Below, in pieces: positions 7,978 through 17,080 of a stretch of 64,000 bases of DNA. The notes below the pieces were generated by a model, which saw nothing but the letters and a program-made list of their open reading frames with translations, searched no databases and was not told the origin of the DNA. The stretch is from an uncultured Eubacteriales bacterium (lineage in GTDB: Bacteria > Bacillota > Clostridia > Christensenellales > CALVMC01): NCBI GenBank assembly GCA_949296455.1, contig CASFOZ010000001.1, positions 127,535-191,534 on the forward strand. The letters run 5' to 3'. The number at the start of each line of letters is the position of its first letter. Within the stretch, counting starts at the first letter, position 1. The position numbers and the translations under genes are program-made.

Positions 7978-9420
7978 TTAAACCGCTTTTTTATCCGATT
8001 CTATTGCGTCGCTCTTTTTTGCAAGTTCTTTTCGGTACTGCTTGCTGCCGTCCTTTTCTTTTACGAAAGTAAATCCTTCTTTCTCGTAAAAACTTATTGC
8101 TGAATGATTATCCGAAAATACATTAACATAATATTTGTCGATATTTTTTTCGGACAATTCCTTTTCGAATTCCTTTAATAATTTTTCGGCAATGCCCTTT
8201 CTTCTGTAATCCGAAAGGACGGCCAGCGATAAGATATAGGCGATTTTAAGGTTTTCTTCCGAAATGGGCTCTTTATCTTTTTTAGCAAAGAGATTTTTTA
8301 CCTTATTAAGCAATCGGTTGTATATATCTTTATTGAATTTCAGCAAAAGAAGAGAGGTTCTGCAAAAGAGTTTCCACCAGAATTTCTTTTCGAACTGTTT
8401 TCTTGTATCGGACGGAAAATAATATCCCGTTATAAAGCCTACGACTTTGCCGTCTGCCGTTGCGGTGTAAAAAAGATTTTCCTTTTCGAGATAGAAACCG
8501 TAATATTCTTTGAGTAGGTCGCCTTTTCCGCCGTCTAACTGCGTGAGAAGATATTTATCGAAACATTCGGTATGAATTTTGACTATTTCGGACATATCTT
8601 CTTTTTCTGCTTTTCTGCAAACAATATCTTTAATATTAACCGTCTTTTTATCGGCAGCTGCAGTGGTACTGTTTTCAACGATTTTATTTTCAACCGTAAC
8701 GGCTTTATCGGTTTCGGTTTCTAAATTGCTGTCGGAAATTAAGTTGTTTCCGTCGCTTGTTGAATTGTTTTCATTATCGGCGGCTTCCTGTTTGGCTTTG
8801 GCTTTTTTGGCGAAAATTTTGTTGTTCATAATAACATATTTTTCCATAAAGAAAACTATAAGAAAGTCTATAAGCGAATAGGTAAATACCGATATTGTTT
8901 CCGCAGCCCCCGAAATTGCGGGAATTGCGTTTGCGTAAGCGTCCGAAAGAATAGGACCTATGAGCGTTTCTACAATAATCAGAACTACGCACATAATTAC
9001 ATAAACACTGAAACTGAACGCAAGGTTGTTCGTTGCGGCAAAGGTTTTTTTCCTGTTAAGTATATAAGAAAGTACCTTGGCAACAATATTACCGGTAAGA
9101 AAAGCGACGAATGTCGGAACGGTGTATTCGCCGAAAATCCAAGCAACGAATGTAGTTTGTCCGTCGACTCCGCAAAGTATAAGCAAATCGTCACCGAACT
9201 GAACAATAAGTATTTGTGCGACGAAAGCAAAAATACTCATAAATATAAACCAAACGAACTGAATAAAATTCTTTTTACCGTTTTTGTCTGATTTTTTCTT
9301 TTCCACTACCGTTTCCGCCGAAGATTCGGCAACCGAATCGATAGCAGCGGAAAGTTCACTTATATCAGAATTATTGCTTTCCGATTGCAAATTTTCTTTT
9401 TCTTCTTTAATTTCGCTCAT
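7978..9420 (-). CDS. fusion protein: GtrA-like 4-TM domain + low-complexity linker + GNAT N-acetyltransferase
   Basis: The N-terminal half is hydrophobic and GtrA-like (FIQFVWFIFMSIFAFVAQILIVQF...). The C-terminal half is GNAT (ILSLAVLSDYRRKGIAEKLLKEFE...AISFYEKEGFTFV). I chose the ATG at 9420, preceded by GAGGG, over the TTG at 9432. Confidence 0.65.
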   Translation of the reverse strand: MSEIKEEKENLQSESNNSDISELSAAIDSVAESSAETVVEKKKSDKNGKKNFIQFVWFIFMSIFAFVAQILIVQFGDDLLILCGVDGQTTFVAWIFGEYTVPTFVAFLTGNIVAKVLSYILNRKKTFAATNNLAFSFSVYVIMCVVLIIVETLIGPILSDAYANAIPAISGAAETISVFTYSLIDFLIVFFMEKYVIMNNKIFAKKAKAKQEAADNENNSTSDGNNLISDSNLETETDKAVTVENKIVENSTTAAADKKTVNIKDIVCRKAEKEDMSEIVKIHTECFDKYLLTQLDGGKGDLLKEYYGFYLEKENLFYTATADGKVVGFITGYYFPSDTRKQFEKKFWWKLFCRTSLLLLKFNKDIYNRLLNKVKNLFAKKDKEPISEENLKIAYILSLAVLSDYRRKGIAEKLLKEFEKELSEKNIDKYYVNVFSDNHSAISFYEKEGFTFVKEKDGSKQYRKELAKKSDAIESDKKAV

Positions 9421-9530
9421 AATATCCCTCAATTAATGTTTTAATTATAACATAAAGTAAATAATTTAATCAATAATTTTATATAAATATATATATTCAT
9501 TAAAGCATGGTATATTTAAAAATTGCGGTA

Positions 9531-9559
9531 TTGCAACCGAGCGGATATAGTGGTACAAT
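9531..9559 (+). promoter_or_regulatory. sigma-A type promoter with extended -10 (TTGCAA-17-TGgTACAAT)
   Basis: TTGCAA 9531-9536, TACAAT 9554-9559 preceded by TGG. It sits 44 nt upstream of the SDR gene ATG. Confidence 0.45.
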
Positions 9560-9602
9560 ATAAATATAACATACGGCAAATTACCGTAAAGTGAGGTTAA
9601 AT

Positions 9603-10652
9603 ATGGGAAGATATCTGATTACGGGGGCTTGCGGACACATTGGAAACGTAATTGTGAGAGAACTTAACGAGGAAGGGATAACCCCTTCTGTTCTACTTAT
9701 GCCGAAAGAAAACGATATGCCGTTGCACGGATTGAAAACCGAAATACTTCGAGGCGATATATGCGACAGAAGTTTTATAAAAGACAACATAAAGGAAGAC
9801 GACACGGTTATTCACCTTGCCGGAATAATCGATATAGGCGGATTTCCGGAAGAACTTGTTAAGAAGGTGAATTTTGAAGGTACAGCGAATATAACCGATG
9901 CCTGCTGTGAAAACGGCGCAAAAAAGCTTGTGTATGTAAGTACTTCCGATATAATAGCGCTTTCCGACGAAAATGCCGAAACTCTGAAAGAGAGAAAGGA
10001 CTTTCCCGAAGAGAAAATGAAAGGCGCTTATGCAGAAAGCAAAAGCAAAGCCACCGAATATGTTTTTGAAAACTGCGCAAAGAAAAATCTCGATGCTTGC
10101 GTTGTCTTTCCTACTGCGATAATAGGTCCGTTTGATTATAAAATTTCGGAAGTGGGACAAGCTCTTTTAAATTTCATTAATTATAAACTTCTTGCAAGTA
10201 TTGACGGCGGATACAATTTCGTAGACGTAAGAGATGTCGCAAACGGAATAATCTCTGCGTCAAAGATGGGAAAAAGCGGAGAAGGATATATACTCAGCGG
10301 AACGAAAATAAGCGTAACCGATTTTATAAAGAGTATGAATGCCGCAACCGGAAGATTTTATGTCCCGCCTAAATTCATAAAAGGTCTTGTTCTTGCTTTT
10401 GCCGATATCATAACAAAACAAGCAAGCAAAAAAGGCGATAAGCCTATATTCAGCAGAAAGTCAATAGAATCTTTAAGTTCCAACTGTAACTTTTCGTCTG
10501 CAAAGGCAGAAAAAGAGTTAGGCTATAAAGCAAGAGATATATATGAAACGGTGAAAGACTCTATTGACTGGCTCTTCGATAATATGCCCGACAAAATATG
10601 TTCAAGGGCAAAAAGAGAAAGAAAAAGGTATATTGAAAAGAAAAATAAATAG
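9603..10652 (+). CDS. NAD(P)-dependent epimerase/dehydratase-family SDR (dihydroflavonol-reductase-like)
   Basis: Rossmann motif ITGACGHIGN at the N-terminus and YAESKSKA (YxxxK). ATG at 9603 after GTGAGG. Confidence 0.8.
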   Translation: MGRYLITGACGHIGNVIVRELNEEGITPSVLLMPKENDMPLHGLKTEILRGDICDRSFIKDNIKEDDTVIHLAGIIDIGGFPEELVKKVNFEGTANITDACCENGAKKLVYVSTSDIIALSDENAETLKERKDFPEEKMKGAYAESKSKATEYVFENCAKKNLDACVVFPTAIIGPFDYKISEVGQALLNFINYKLLASIDGGYNFVDVRDVANGIISASKMGKSGEGYILSGTKISVTDFIKSMNAATGRFYVPPKFIKGLVLAFADIITKQASKKGDKPIFSRKSIESLSSNCNFSSAKAEKELGYKARDIYETVKDSIDWLFDNMPDKICSRAKRERKRYIEKKNK

Positions 10653-10782
10653 TATTTCATATACACTTTTTAAAATAAAAGAGTATAGACTTTTTTAAAC
10701 AAAGGCTGAAAGCGTAATACCGAATCGTTTTAATTGCTTAAAAGCATAGTAAAACTCTTTAAACTTATCCGTTAGCAAAGTA

Positions 10783-10809
10783 AAAAACCGCATTTTTTAT
10801 GCGGTTTTT
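10783..10809 (+). terminator. rho-independent terminator
   Basis: AAAAACCGCA-tttttta-TGCGGTTTTT. Confidence 0.7.
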
Positions 10810-10984
10810 AATTGAAAATCATATTATAAGTTTTGACTTTACGATATCTTGTTAGTTTAAAATTCTTTTTGCCGCAATCACACTCTTTCCGTTTTTTAAT
10901 CTTTTTCTTGCGTTTTTCCTAAATTCTTTTCTTGTTTGTAAAGTAATCTTTTCTTTGATTTATGAATAATCTTTTTCCGATTTA

Positions 10985-11016
10985 CCAAAAACAAAAAACC
11001 GCAAATTTTGCGGTTT
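10985..11016 (-). terminator. rho-independent terminator downstream of ypeB
   Basis: AAACCGC-aaatttt-GCGGTTT. The T-run lies on the minus strand. Confidence 0.7.
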
Positions 11017-11021
11017 ATGTT

Positions 11022-12398
11022 TTACATTAACAGTGCTCCGTCGTCTCCGTCGATAACTCTGAGTATATTCAATTCTTCGCCCGTCTTTACGCTGATATAA
11101 ATATAATAGGTATTGTCGTCGAGAGTTGCAACAAATTCATAGCACAGAGCTTCCTTTCCGCCGTCTAACGGAACAAGGGCTTTTCTTCCGCCTGTTATAT
11201 TAAGAGAAGGATTGAGTTTGGCTTTGGCTTCGTCGAGAGTTAGCACGGGCTCTTCGAATTCCCTTTCGGTATGGTTGAATATATAAGTCAGAGCCTCGAA
11301 GCCTATAACGCTTAAATCGTCTGCGGTGATTTTAAGTTTAATCATATCGGGATAAATAACCGTATCGTCTTGTATAACCGTATAATTTACATAGACAACG
11401 CTGTTGCTGTTTGACGCCCATACAGCTTCCATATCGGCGTAGCCCATTTTTTCAAGAAATTGTCTTCCTGCTTCCGCACACTCTTCAGCCGTGTAAACCG
11501 GGTCGGTTACTTCTTTAAAAGAACTTATTTCCACAAACTGGCCGCCCGTTTCGCTTATCGATATATATGTGCTTTGACCGTTTATGTTTGCGGTATAATT
11601 AAGCTGATTAAAGTAATTTGTGGATACCGATTGAAAAACTATATCGCTGACATTTGCAAAAGAAAGTTTTTCCGCAATTATCTGCGTTCCCTGTTCTTTG
11701 GAAATTATTTCGCCGCTTAGCGCTTTTGCCTCTTTGTCAATGAGTCCGTCGCTGAAAGGTCCGTCGTAAATTAAGGTCGGATACTCAATGGTATTGTTTT
11801 CTATTTCCGAAATTATTTCGGTAAGAGGACTTACTTCGAGTTCGAAGGAATCCATAAAAGTAAAATCGTTATTCATTATATAAGTTTGCAAAGAGGCAAT
11901 CTGCTTTCCTATGTTTTTGGTAAGTTCTGCAAAATTACTCATTGTGCTGTATTCTTCGTCGGTAAGTTCTTCCCCTGCCGAAAGTTTCGAAGACAAGGCT
12001 TTTGCGTAATCGCCTACCTGATTGAAAAATTTAGAAGTCGCTTCCGTTGAACCGCTGAGTTTTAAAGAAGATAAATTTGTTTCGGAATTTGCGGCGCTTT
12101 TCTCTATTTCGTCGAGAAGTTTAATCTGCATACTCTTTGAAGAAGAGACCTTGAATTTATATAAATCGTTTTCCATAGTCGTGATTTCCGAGACCAAATC
12201 GTAGTAACTTTTCTGATACATATTTTCAAGGTTAATCTTGTAATTCGATTTGTCGGCGTTATTTGCATAGATAAAATATCCGCTGACTCCGAGACCCGCA
12301 ACGGCAAGGGCAAGCAATGCGGAAATAATTATTATGGCTATTGTTTTTCCTTTATCTTTTTTTTGAATTTTTTCGCTGACATAATTTTTGTATTCCAT
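11022..12398 (-). CDS. ypeB: germination protein YpeB (PepSY-domain protein partnered with SleB)
   Basis: 458 aa with an N-terminal TM. Size and position immediately downstream of sleB match the sleB-ypeB operon. Confidence 0.75.
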   Translation of the reverse strand: MEYKNYVSEKIQKKDKGKTIAIIIISALLALAVAGLGVSGYFIYANNADKSNYKINLENMYQKSYYDLVSEITTMENDLYKFKVSSSKSMQIKLLDEIEKSAANSETNLSSLKLSGSTEATSKFFNQVGDYAKALSSKLSAGEELTDEEYSTMSNFAELTKNIGKQIASLQTYIMNNDFTFMDSFELEVSPLTEIISEIENNTIEYPTLIYDGPFSDGLIDKEAKALSGEIISKEQGTQIIAEKLSFANVSDIVFQSVSTNYFNQLNYTANINGQSTYISISETGGQFVEISSFKEVTDPVYTAEECAEAGRQFLEKMGYADMEAVWASNSNSVVYVNYTVIQDDTVIYPDMIKLKITADDLSVIGFEALTYIFNHTEREFEEPVLTLDEAKAKLNPSLNITGGRKALVPLDGGKEALCYEFVATLDDNTYYIYISVKTGEELNILRVIDGDDGALLM

Positions 12399-12409
12399 AA
12401 ATCTGACTC

Positions 12410-13105
12410 CTATACTGCAAAGTTATGATTTCCGATTGAAAGTTTTACCGTTCTGGACCAAATCCAGCTACTTGTCGCAGTTGCGGGATTGTAATAGTAA
12501 ATACAGCCGTTAGTGGGGTCCCACCCGTTAAGGGCGTCTCTTGCAGCACTGTATGCGGTGGTATCGGGTTCCAAGTTAATCTGCCCGTCGGTAACGGCGG
12601 TAAATGCACCCGGCTGATAAATAACGCCCGCAATAGTGTTAGGAAAACTGCTGTGTTTTACTCTGTTCAGTACAACCGCAGCTATTGCGACCTGTCCCGT
12701 ATACGGTTCGCCTCTTGCCTCTGCGTATACGCATTTTGCAAGAAGATAAAGGTCTGACGAACTGTAACTGCTGTTAGAAGAAGACGAGCTCGTAAGAGTC
12801 ATTCCGAGAGCGGCAGCCGTCTCTGCTCCTACGATACCGTCTACTTGAAGTTTGTTTACCTTCTGAAAATAAATTACCGCATTATAAGTCTGCGTACCGA
12901 AAATACCGTCAATGTTTCCCGAATAATAGCCCCAGTTTTTAAGCTTCGTCTGCATAGTTCTGACCTGAGAGCCTGTCATTCCTTTTTTTAAAACCGCTGT
13001 TTCCGTGCTTTCGCTTCCGTAAGGTATGAGCGAAAATGCTACCGCAGCCGTAACAATCGTTAAGACCATCGCAACGGCGAAAATACTTTTTGCAACCTTT
13101 GTCAT
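12410..13105 (-). CDS. sleB: spore cortex-lytic enzyme SleB
   Basis: Signal peptide, PG-binding repeat (LKNWGYYSGNIDGIFGTQTYNAVIYFQKVNKLQVDGIVG) and hydrolase_2 domain (LLAKCVYAEARGEPYTGQVAIAAVVLNRVKHSSFPNTIAGVIYQPGAFTAV). Confidence 0.85.
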   Translation of the reverse strand: MTKVAKSIFAVAMVLTIVTAAVAFSLIPYGSESTETAVLKKGMTGSQVRTMQTKLKNWGYYSGNIDGIFGTQTYNAVIYFQKVNKLQVDGIVGAETAAALGMTLTSSSSSNSSYSSSDLYLLAKCVYAEARGEPYTGQVAIAAVVLNRVKHSSFPNTIAGVIYQPGAFTAVTDGQINLEPDTTAYSAARDALNGWDPTNGCIYYYNPATATSSWIWSRTVKLSIGNHNFAV

Positions 13106-13109
13106 AAAT

Positions 13110-13637
13110 TTACTCCTTTTCGGTAAGTTTTTTATACCATTCGTAAATAAAAGATTTATACTCGACTTCGCTGTCTGCGGAAACGAAACATAAAGGCGGA
13201 AAAACCACGCACCACCAGTTATCGCCCTTTCCGGAACCTAACTCGACGATTAATGCGTCGTAGACATCTTCGGGTAGCAAGAGTCCCTCGTAACTTCTTG
13301 CGGGAAATTCTTCCTGCCTTACCGAAGCCTTTGCCGAATATGTAAATCCTTGACTTGAAAGAACTTTGTCTGCTATCTCTTCGATTTCGGTAAGATTTTT
13401 TTCCACTATGCTTATGGCTTCTTTTTTGCTTGATACCCCTTTAAGTTTATCGGTAAGGAAAAGGACAATTTCGTCCTTTACCGCATATTTAACGCTTTGA
13501 GCTTCTTCGAGATTGCTGTCAGCTCTTATATGTATTCTGAGATAATTATCGTTTGATTTCGTTCCCTGCAAAACACAGCCTGCGACTATTGCCGTTACAG
13601 ATACTACAAGTATTAAAACTAAAATGCTTTTTTTCAT
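13110..13637 (-). CDS. spoIIR: stage II sporulation protein R
   Basis: Signal/TM segment, then YLRIHIRADSNLEEAQSVKYAVKDEI and WWCVVFPPLCF, both characteristic of SpoIIR. Confidence 0.8.
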   Translation of the reverse strand: MKKSILVLILVVSVTAIVAGCVLQGTKSNDNYLRIHIRADSNLEEAQSVKYAVKDEIVLFLTDKLKGVSSKKEAISIVEKNLTEIEEIADKVLSSQGFTYSAKASVRQEEFPARSYEGLLLPEDVYDALIVELGSGKGDNWWCVVFPPLCFVSADSEVEYKSFIYEWYKKLTEKE

Positions 13638-13709
13638 ATTCCGTCCCTCTTTGTGACGATTATTGACAGAATGGATTTTTTTATACGGAATAACTAAAAT
13701 TGAAAAAAG

Positions 13710-13738
13710 TTGAAAAATAAAATTTTTTGTGTTAATAT
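13710..13738 (+). promoter_or_regulatory. sigma-A type promoter (TTGAAA-17-TAATAT, TG at -15)
   Basis: TTGAAA 13710-13715 and TAATAT 13733-13738, just upstream of the protease-like gene pair. Confidence 0.4.
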
Positions 13739-13753
13739 TTCTATATTGTTGTT

Positions 13754-14557
13754 ATGAAAAAATATCTGAAAATTTTAACGGCTTTCCTGCTTTTGATTTC
13801 GGTTTTTTGTTTGGCAGGTTGCAGCCCTAAGGCGAAAGTACAATATATATCTTCTTCACAAGAAGGCGATACGGTTTATGTTGCCGAAATGATTTGCGAA
13901 AAAAATCTTTCTTCTGCCGTATCTATTTACAGCAGTTATTCGGAAAACGGGGAAAATGTTTACGGTACGGGAATTATACTTGCCCAGAACGGTTATGTAC
14001 TGACTACCGTTTACAGCATATTCGGAAGTTATTTCGAGCGTGAAATTACCGCCCTTCCGACATTGAGCGGTAACATAGTTGTTTCGAACAACGGCAGTTT
14101 CGTTAAGGTAAATCTTGCGGTGGTGAATATCGATTTCGGTACCGGACTTGCAATTCTTAAAATTACCGATAACGATAAGGTATTCGTTCCCGTATCTTTG
14201 GAAACGGAAAATTTTCCCGTTGTCGGAGAATACACCGCCTCTCTCGTGAATGCCAAGGCTATGGGAATATCGGCGATTGAAGGATATATATCGAAACTTT
14301 ATGTGACGAGAAATCTGAGCGGTACGGAAATTACCGTTAGCAATCTTATGCAAATAGACATTCGGGCAAATCAAGGTTCTTTCGGCGGCGGACTATTCAA
14401 CAATAAAGGAAACCTTACGGGAATAATATTAGACAAACAAAATACCGCAAACACGAGTTCTATTGACCCGATATATAATATAACTTACGCATACGACACG
14501 GAAACGATAATCGACTATATCAATACCGGAAATTACGGTTTTAAAATAGGAGCATAA
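13754..14557 (+). CDS. lipoprotein, trypsin/S1C-fold paralog with all three catalytic residues substituted (pseudoprotease)
   Basis: Lipobox LAGC. Aligns with the downstream gene, but the His motif reads TTVYS (TNAHV in the paralog), the Asp motif GLAILKI (DLALLKI) and the Ser motif GSFGGG (GNSGGP). Confidence 0.65.
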   Translation: MKKYLKILTAFLLLISVFCLAGCSPKAKVQYISSSQEGDTVYVAEMICEKNLSSAVSIYSSYSENGENVYGTGIILAQNGYVLTTVYSIFGSYFEREITALPTLSGNIVVSNNGSFVKVNLAVVNIDFGTGLAILKITDNDKVFVPVSLETENFPVVGEYTASLVNAKAMGISAIEGYISKLYVTRNLSGTEITVSNLMQIDIRANQGSFGGGLFNNKGNLTGIILDKQNTANTSSIDPIYNITYAYDTETIIDYINTGNYGFKIGA

Positions 14558-14559
14558 CA

Positions 14560-15399
14560 ATGAAAAGATACGGAAAAATATTTATGCTTTCAATAGTTCT
14601 GATACTTTCGACAGCCATTCTTGCAGGCTGCACTACAACCGTTACGGAAAAGGTTTATGTGGAAAACGGCTTTGTTTACGAAGCGGAAAACATAGCCGAA
14701 GAAAATTTAAGTTCCTGTCTTGCGATAGAGGTAATATACGACAGTATTCTGACTACTAAGACTTTAACGGGAGCGGGATTTATAATATCGGAAAACGGTT
14801 ATGTTATAACCAACGCCCATGTAATTTACGGCGACGATTGGGAAGGCGCAGGTTCTTCATATCCGCAGAATTTAAAATCCATTACGGGAACAATCGACAA
14901 CGGCGACGGCACTACGCAAAGTTATAATCTTACCCTTGTTGCAAAATACAATCCTTACGCAGACCTTGCCCTTCTGAAAATAAATTTAGGGGAAGGCGAA
15001 AAGGTAAAAGCCGTTAAGTTCAGAGATTCGTCTACCGCAAAATACGGAGAAGCCGTGCTTATGATAGGAAATCCGAAAGGACTCGGAATATCTGCGGCAA
15101 GAGGGATAATTTCGCAGCCGTCGTTAACCGACAATTCGTCGTCGCCTGCAAAAGAGTATATACTTCTCGATATTGCAATGAATCACGGAAACAGCGGAGG
15201 GCCGGTATTCGACAAGAACGGATTCGTAATCGGCGTTGCGGCAATGAGATATAAAACGAGCGCTGCAAGTTCTTCCGATTCGAGCATCGACCTTGCCGTG
15301 GGGATAGGATATGCGGTACCGTCGCTGCTTGTACAAAAATTCATAAGTACATTGAATATTGAAGGACTTGAAATCGAATTCAGCGTAATCGAAGAATAA
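14560..15399 (+). CDS. lipoprotein trypsin-like serine protease (S1C, no PDZ)
   Basis: Lipobox LAGC. Intact triad motifs: GAGFIISENGYVITNAHV, ADLALLKI, GNSGGPVFDKNGFVIGV. Confidence 0.8.
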   Translation: MKRYGKIFMLSIVLILSTAILAGCTTTVTEKVYVENGFVYEAENIAEENLSSCLAIEVIYDSILTTKTLTGAGFIISENGYVITNAHVIYGDDWEGAGSSYPQNLKSITGTIDNGDGTTQSYNLTLVAKYNPYADLALLKINLGEGEKVKAVKFRDSSTAKYGEAVLMIGNPKGLGISAARGIISQPSLTDNSSSPAKEYILLDIAMNHGNSGGPVFDKNGFVIGVAAMRYKTSAASSSDSSIDLAVGIGYAVPSLLVQKFISTLNIEGLEIEFSVIEE

Positions 15400-15406
15400 T
15401 CTATCC

Positions 15407-16111
15407 ATGGAAGAAAATCTTTATATACTGAGCGGCGGAAGCGTTCCTGTCGATTTTAACAAATTTTTATATCTGAAAACTGCCGAATATAAAAACGGCG
15501 TTAAAAATACTCGTTTAAGTAAATATTCAAACGGTGAAATTTTAAACATAATCGGAAAAATCGGTACCGATAACAATGCGACGGTTTTTAACGAAAAGCC
15601 GGTCGCTCTTATTATGCCTCAGGCATCCTACGAAGGAAAAAGACAGGTAAACGCATTTTACAGAGATTATAAAAAAGCGGGTTTTAAACCCTCTTCGGTG
15701 CTTTTTAAAAACGGAGAAATGGACGACGAAGAGATATCAAAAAGAATAAAGAATGCCTCTTTGATATATATAAGCGGCGGAAGACTCGATATACTTCTTG
15801 AAAGTTTTAAAAGCAAAGGAATAGATAGAATATTGAAATCGTTAAAAGGAAAAGTAATAGTCGGCGTTTCTGCGGGGGCTTCCTGTCTTTTCGAATACGC
15901 AGTAAGCGACTGCAATATGGAAGAGTCCTCAAAATACACTCTCATAAAAGGATTAGGACTTATTAAAGGCATATACTGTCCCCACGCAGAAGAAGAGAAG
16001 AGAAAAGCTTCTCTTGAAAACAAGGATTTAATTTTCAAAGACTCAGACAAAAGTATTTTCGATAAACTTTCTCTTATTGAAAATTTATCGGAAGAAATTA
16101 TAATTATCTGA
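15407..16111 (+). CDS. peptidase S51 family (dipeptidase E-like)
   Basis: IYISGGRLDILL...VIVGVSAGASCLFEY...GIYCPHAEEE matches the S51 Ser/His arrangement. Confidence 0.7.
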   Translation: MEENLYILSGGSVPVDFNKFLYLKTAEYKNGVKNTRLSKYSNGEILNIIGKIGTDNNATVFNEKPVALIMPQASYEGKRQVNAFYRDYKKAGFKPSSVLFKNGEMDDEEISKRIKNASLIYISGGRLDILLESFKSKGIDRILKSLKGKVIVGVSAGASCLFEYAVSDCNMEESSKYTLIKGLGLIKGIYCPHAEEEKRKASLENKDLIFKDSDKSIFDKLSLIENLSEEIIII

Positions 16112-16217
16112 TTTTACGATAATAAATTATTTAAAAAAAATTAATATCAAAGTTAAAAGCTATTAAAAATTAATATCGAAGTAAAAAAATTTATTGATGA
16201 AAGCAGTTACAATACAC

Positions 16218-16246
16218 TTGTAAAAAGAGCCGGATTGGATTATAAT
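16218..16246 (+). promoter_or_regulatory. sigma-A type promoter (TTGTAA-17-TATAAT)
   Basis: TTGTAA 16218-16223 and TATAAT 16241-16246. An AGGTGA RBS and the ATG at 16266 follow. Confidence 0.5.
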
Positions 16247-16265
16247 AAAACTATTCAGGTGACAA

Positions 16266-17078
16266 ATGAAAGTGAACGAAAACAGTTATTTAAATACTCA
16301 GGCAAAAAAAATCAGAAACCTTACAATCGAGACAATCGGAAAGTTCGGAGTAGGCCATTTAGGCGGCTCTGTGTCGATAGCGGAAGCGCTTAGCGCAATA
16401 TACTTTGACGCTGCAAATGTCGACCCGAAAAATCCCAAATGGTCTGAAAGGGACAGAATAGTACTCTCGAAAGGACACGCAGGGAGTGCGCTTTACTGTG
16501 CTTTGGCTCTTAAAGGATACTTCGATATTTCCCTTCTCGATACATTGAACCGCAACGGAACAATCCTTCCCTCACACTGCGATATGAACAAGACCACGGG
16601 CGTAGATATGACGGCAGGTTCTTTGGGACAAGGACTTTCCGCAGCAGTCGGAATGGCGCTTGCGGGGAAAATCGATAAAAAAGATTATACCGTATATTGC
16701 ATAATCGGCGACGGCGAATGTCAGGAAGGACAGATTTGGGAAGCGACTATGTTTGCAGCGGCAAAAAAACTTGATAATTTAATAGTGCTTGCCGACAACA
16801 ACAAAATGCAAATTGACGGACTTACCAAAGATATAAACAACATAGAGCCGCTTGACGAGAAGTTTAAAAGTTTCGGTTTCAATGTATACAGCATATACGG
16901 TCACGACGCAGACTTAATAGCAAAAACCATAAAAAAGGCAAAAAAAGTTACGGGAAAGCCTACGGTAATAGTTTTAGATACAGTAAAAGGTAAAGGCGTT
17001 CATTTTTGTGAAGGTCAGGTATCTTCGCACAGCATAACTATGACCGAAGAAATGTGGAAAAGCGCAATAAAGGAGTAA
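16266..17078 (+). CDS. transketolase, N-terminal (TPP-binding) subunit
   Basis: GHLGGSVSIAE...SKGHAG...GSLGQGLSAAVGMA...IIGDGECQEGQIWEA. Confidence 0.9.
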   Translation: MKVNENSYLNTQAKKIRNLTIETIGKFGVGHLGGSVSIAEALSAIYFDAANVDPKNPKWSERDRIVLSKGHAGSALYCALALKGYFDISLLDTLNRNGTILPSHCDMNKTTGVDMTAGSLGQGLSAAVGMALAGKIDKKDYTVYCIIGDGECQEGQIWEATMFAAAKKLDNLIVLADNNKMQIDGLTKDINNIEPLDEKFKSFGFNVYSIYGHDADLIAKTIKKAKKVTGKPTVIVLDTVKGKGVHFCEGQVSSHSITMTEEMWKSAIKE

Positions 17079-17080
17079 TT

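Noticed and set aside
10810-10984. A 175-nt T-rich segment bounded by two terminators, considered as a possible small RNA.
   Set aside because: No convincing promoter was found (TTGACT is spaced 19 nt from TAAAAT), no stable secondary structure beyond the terminators, and no conservation evidence is available. Left unannotated.
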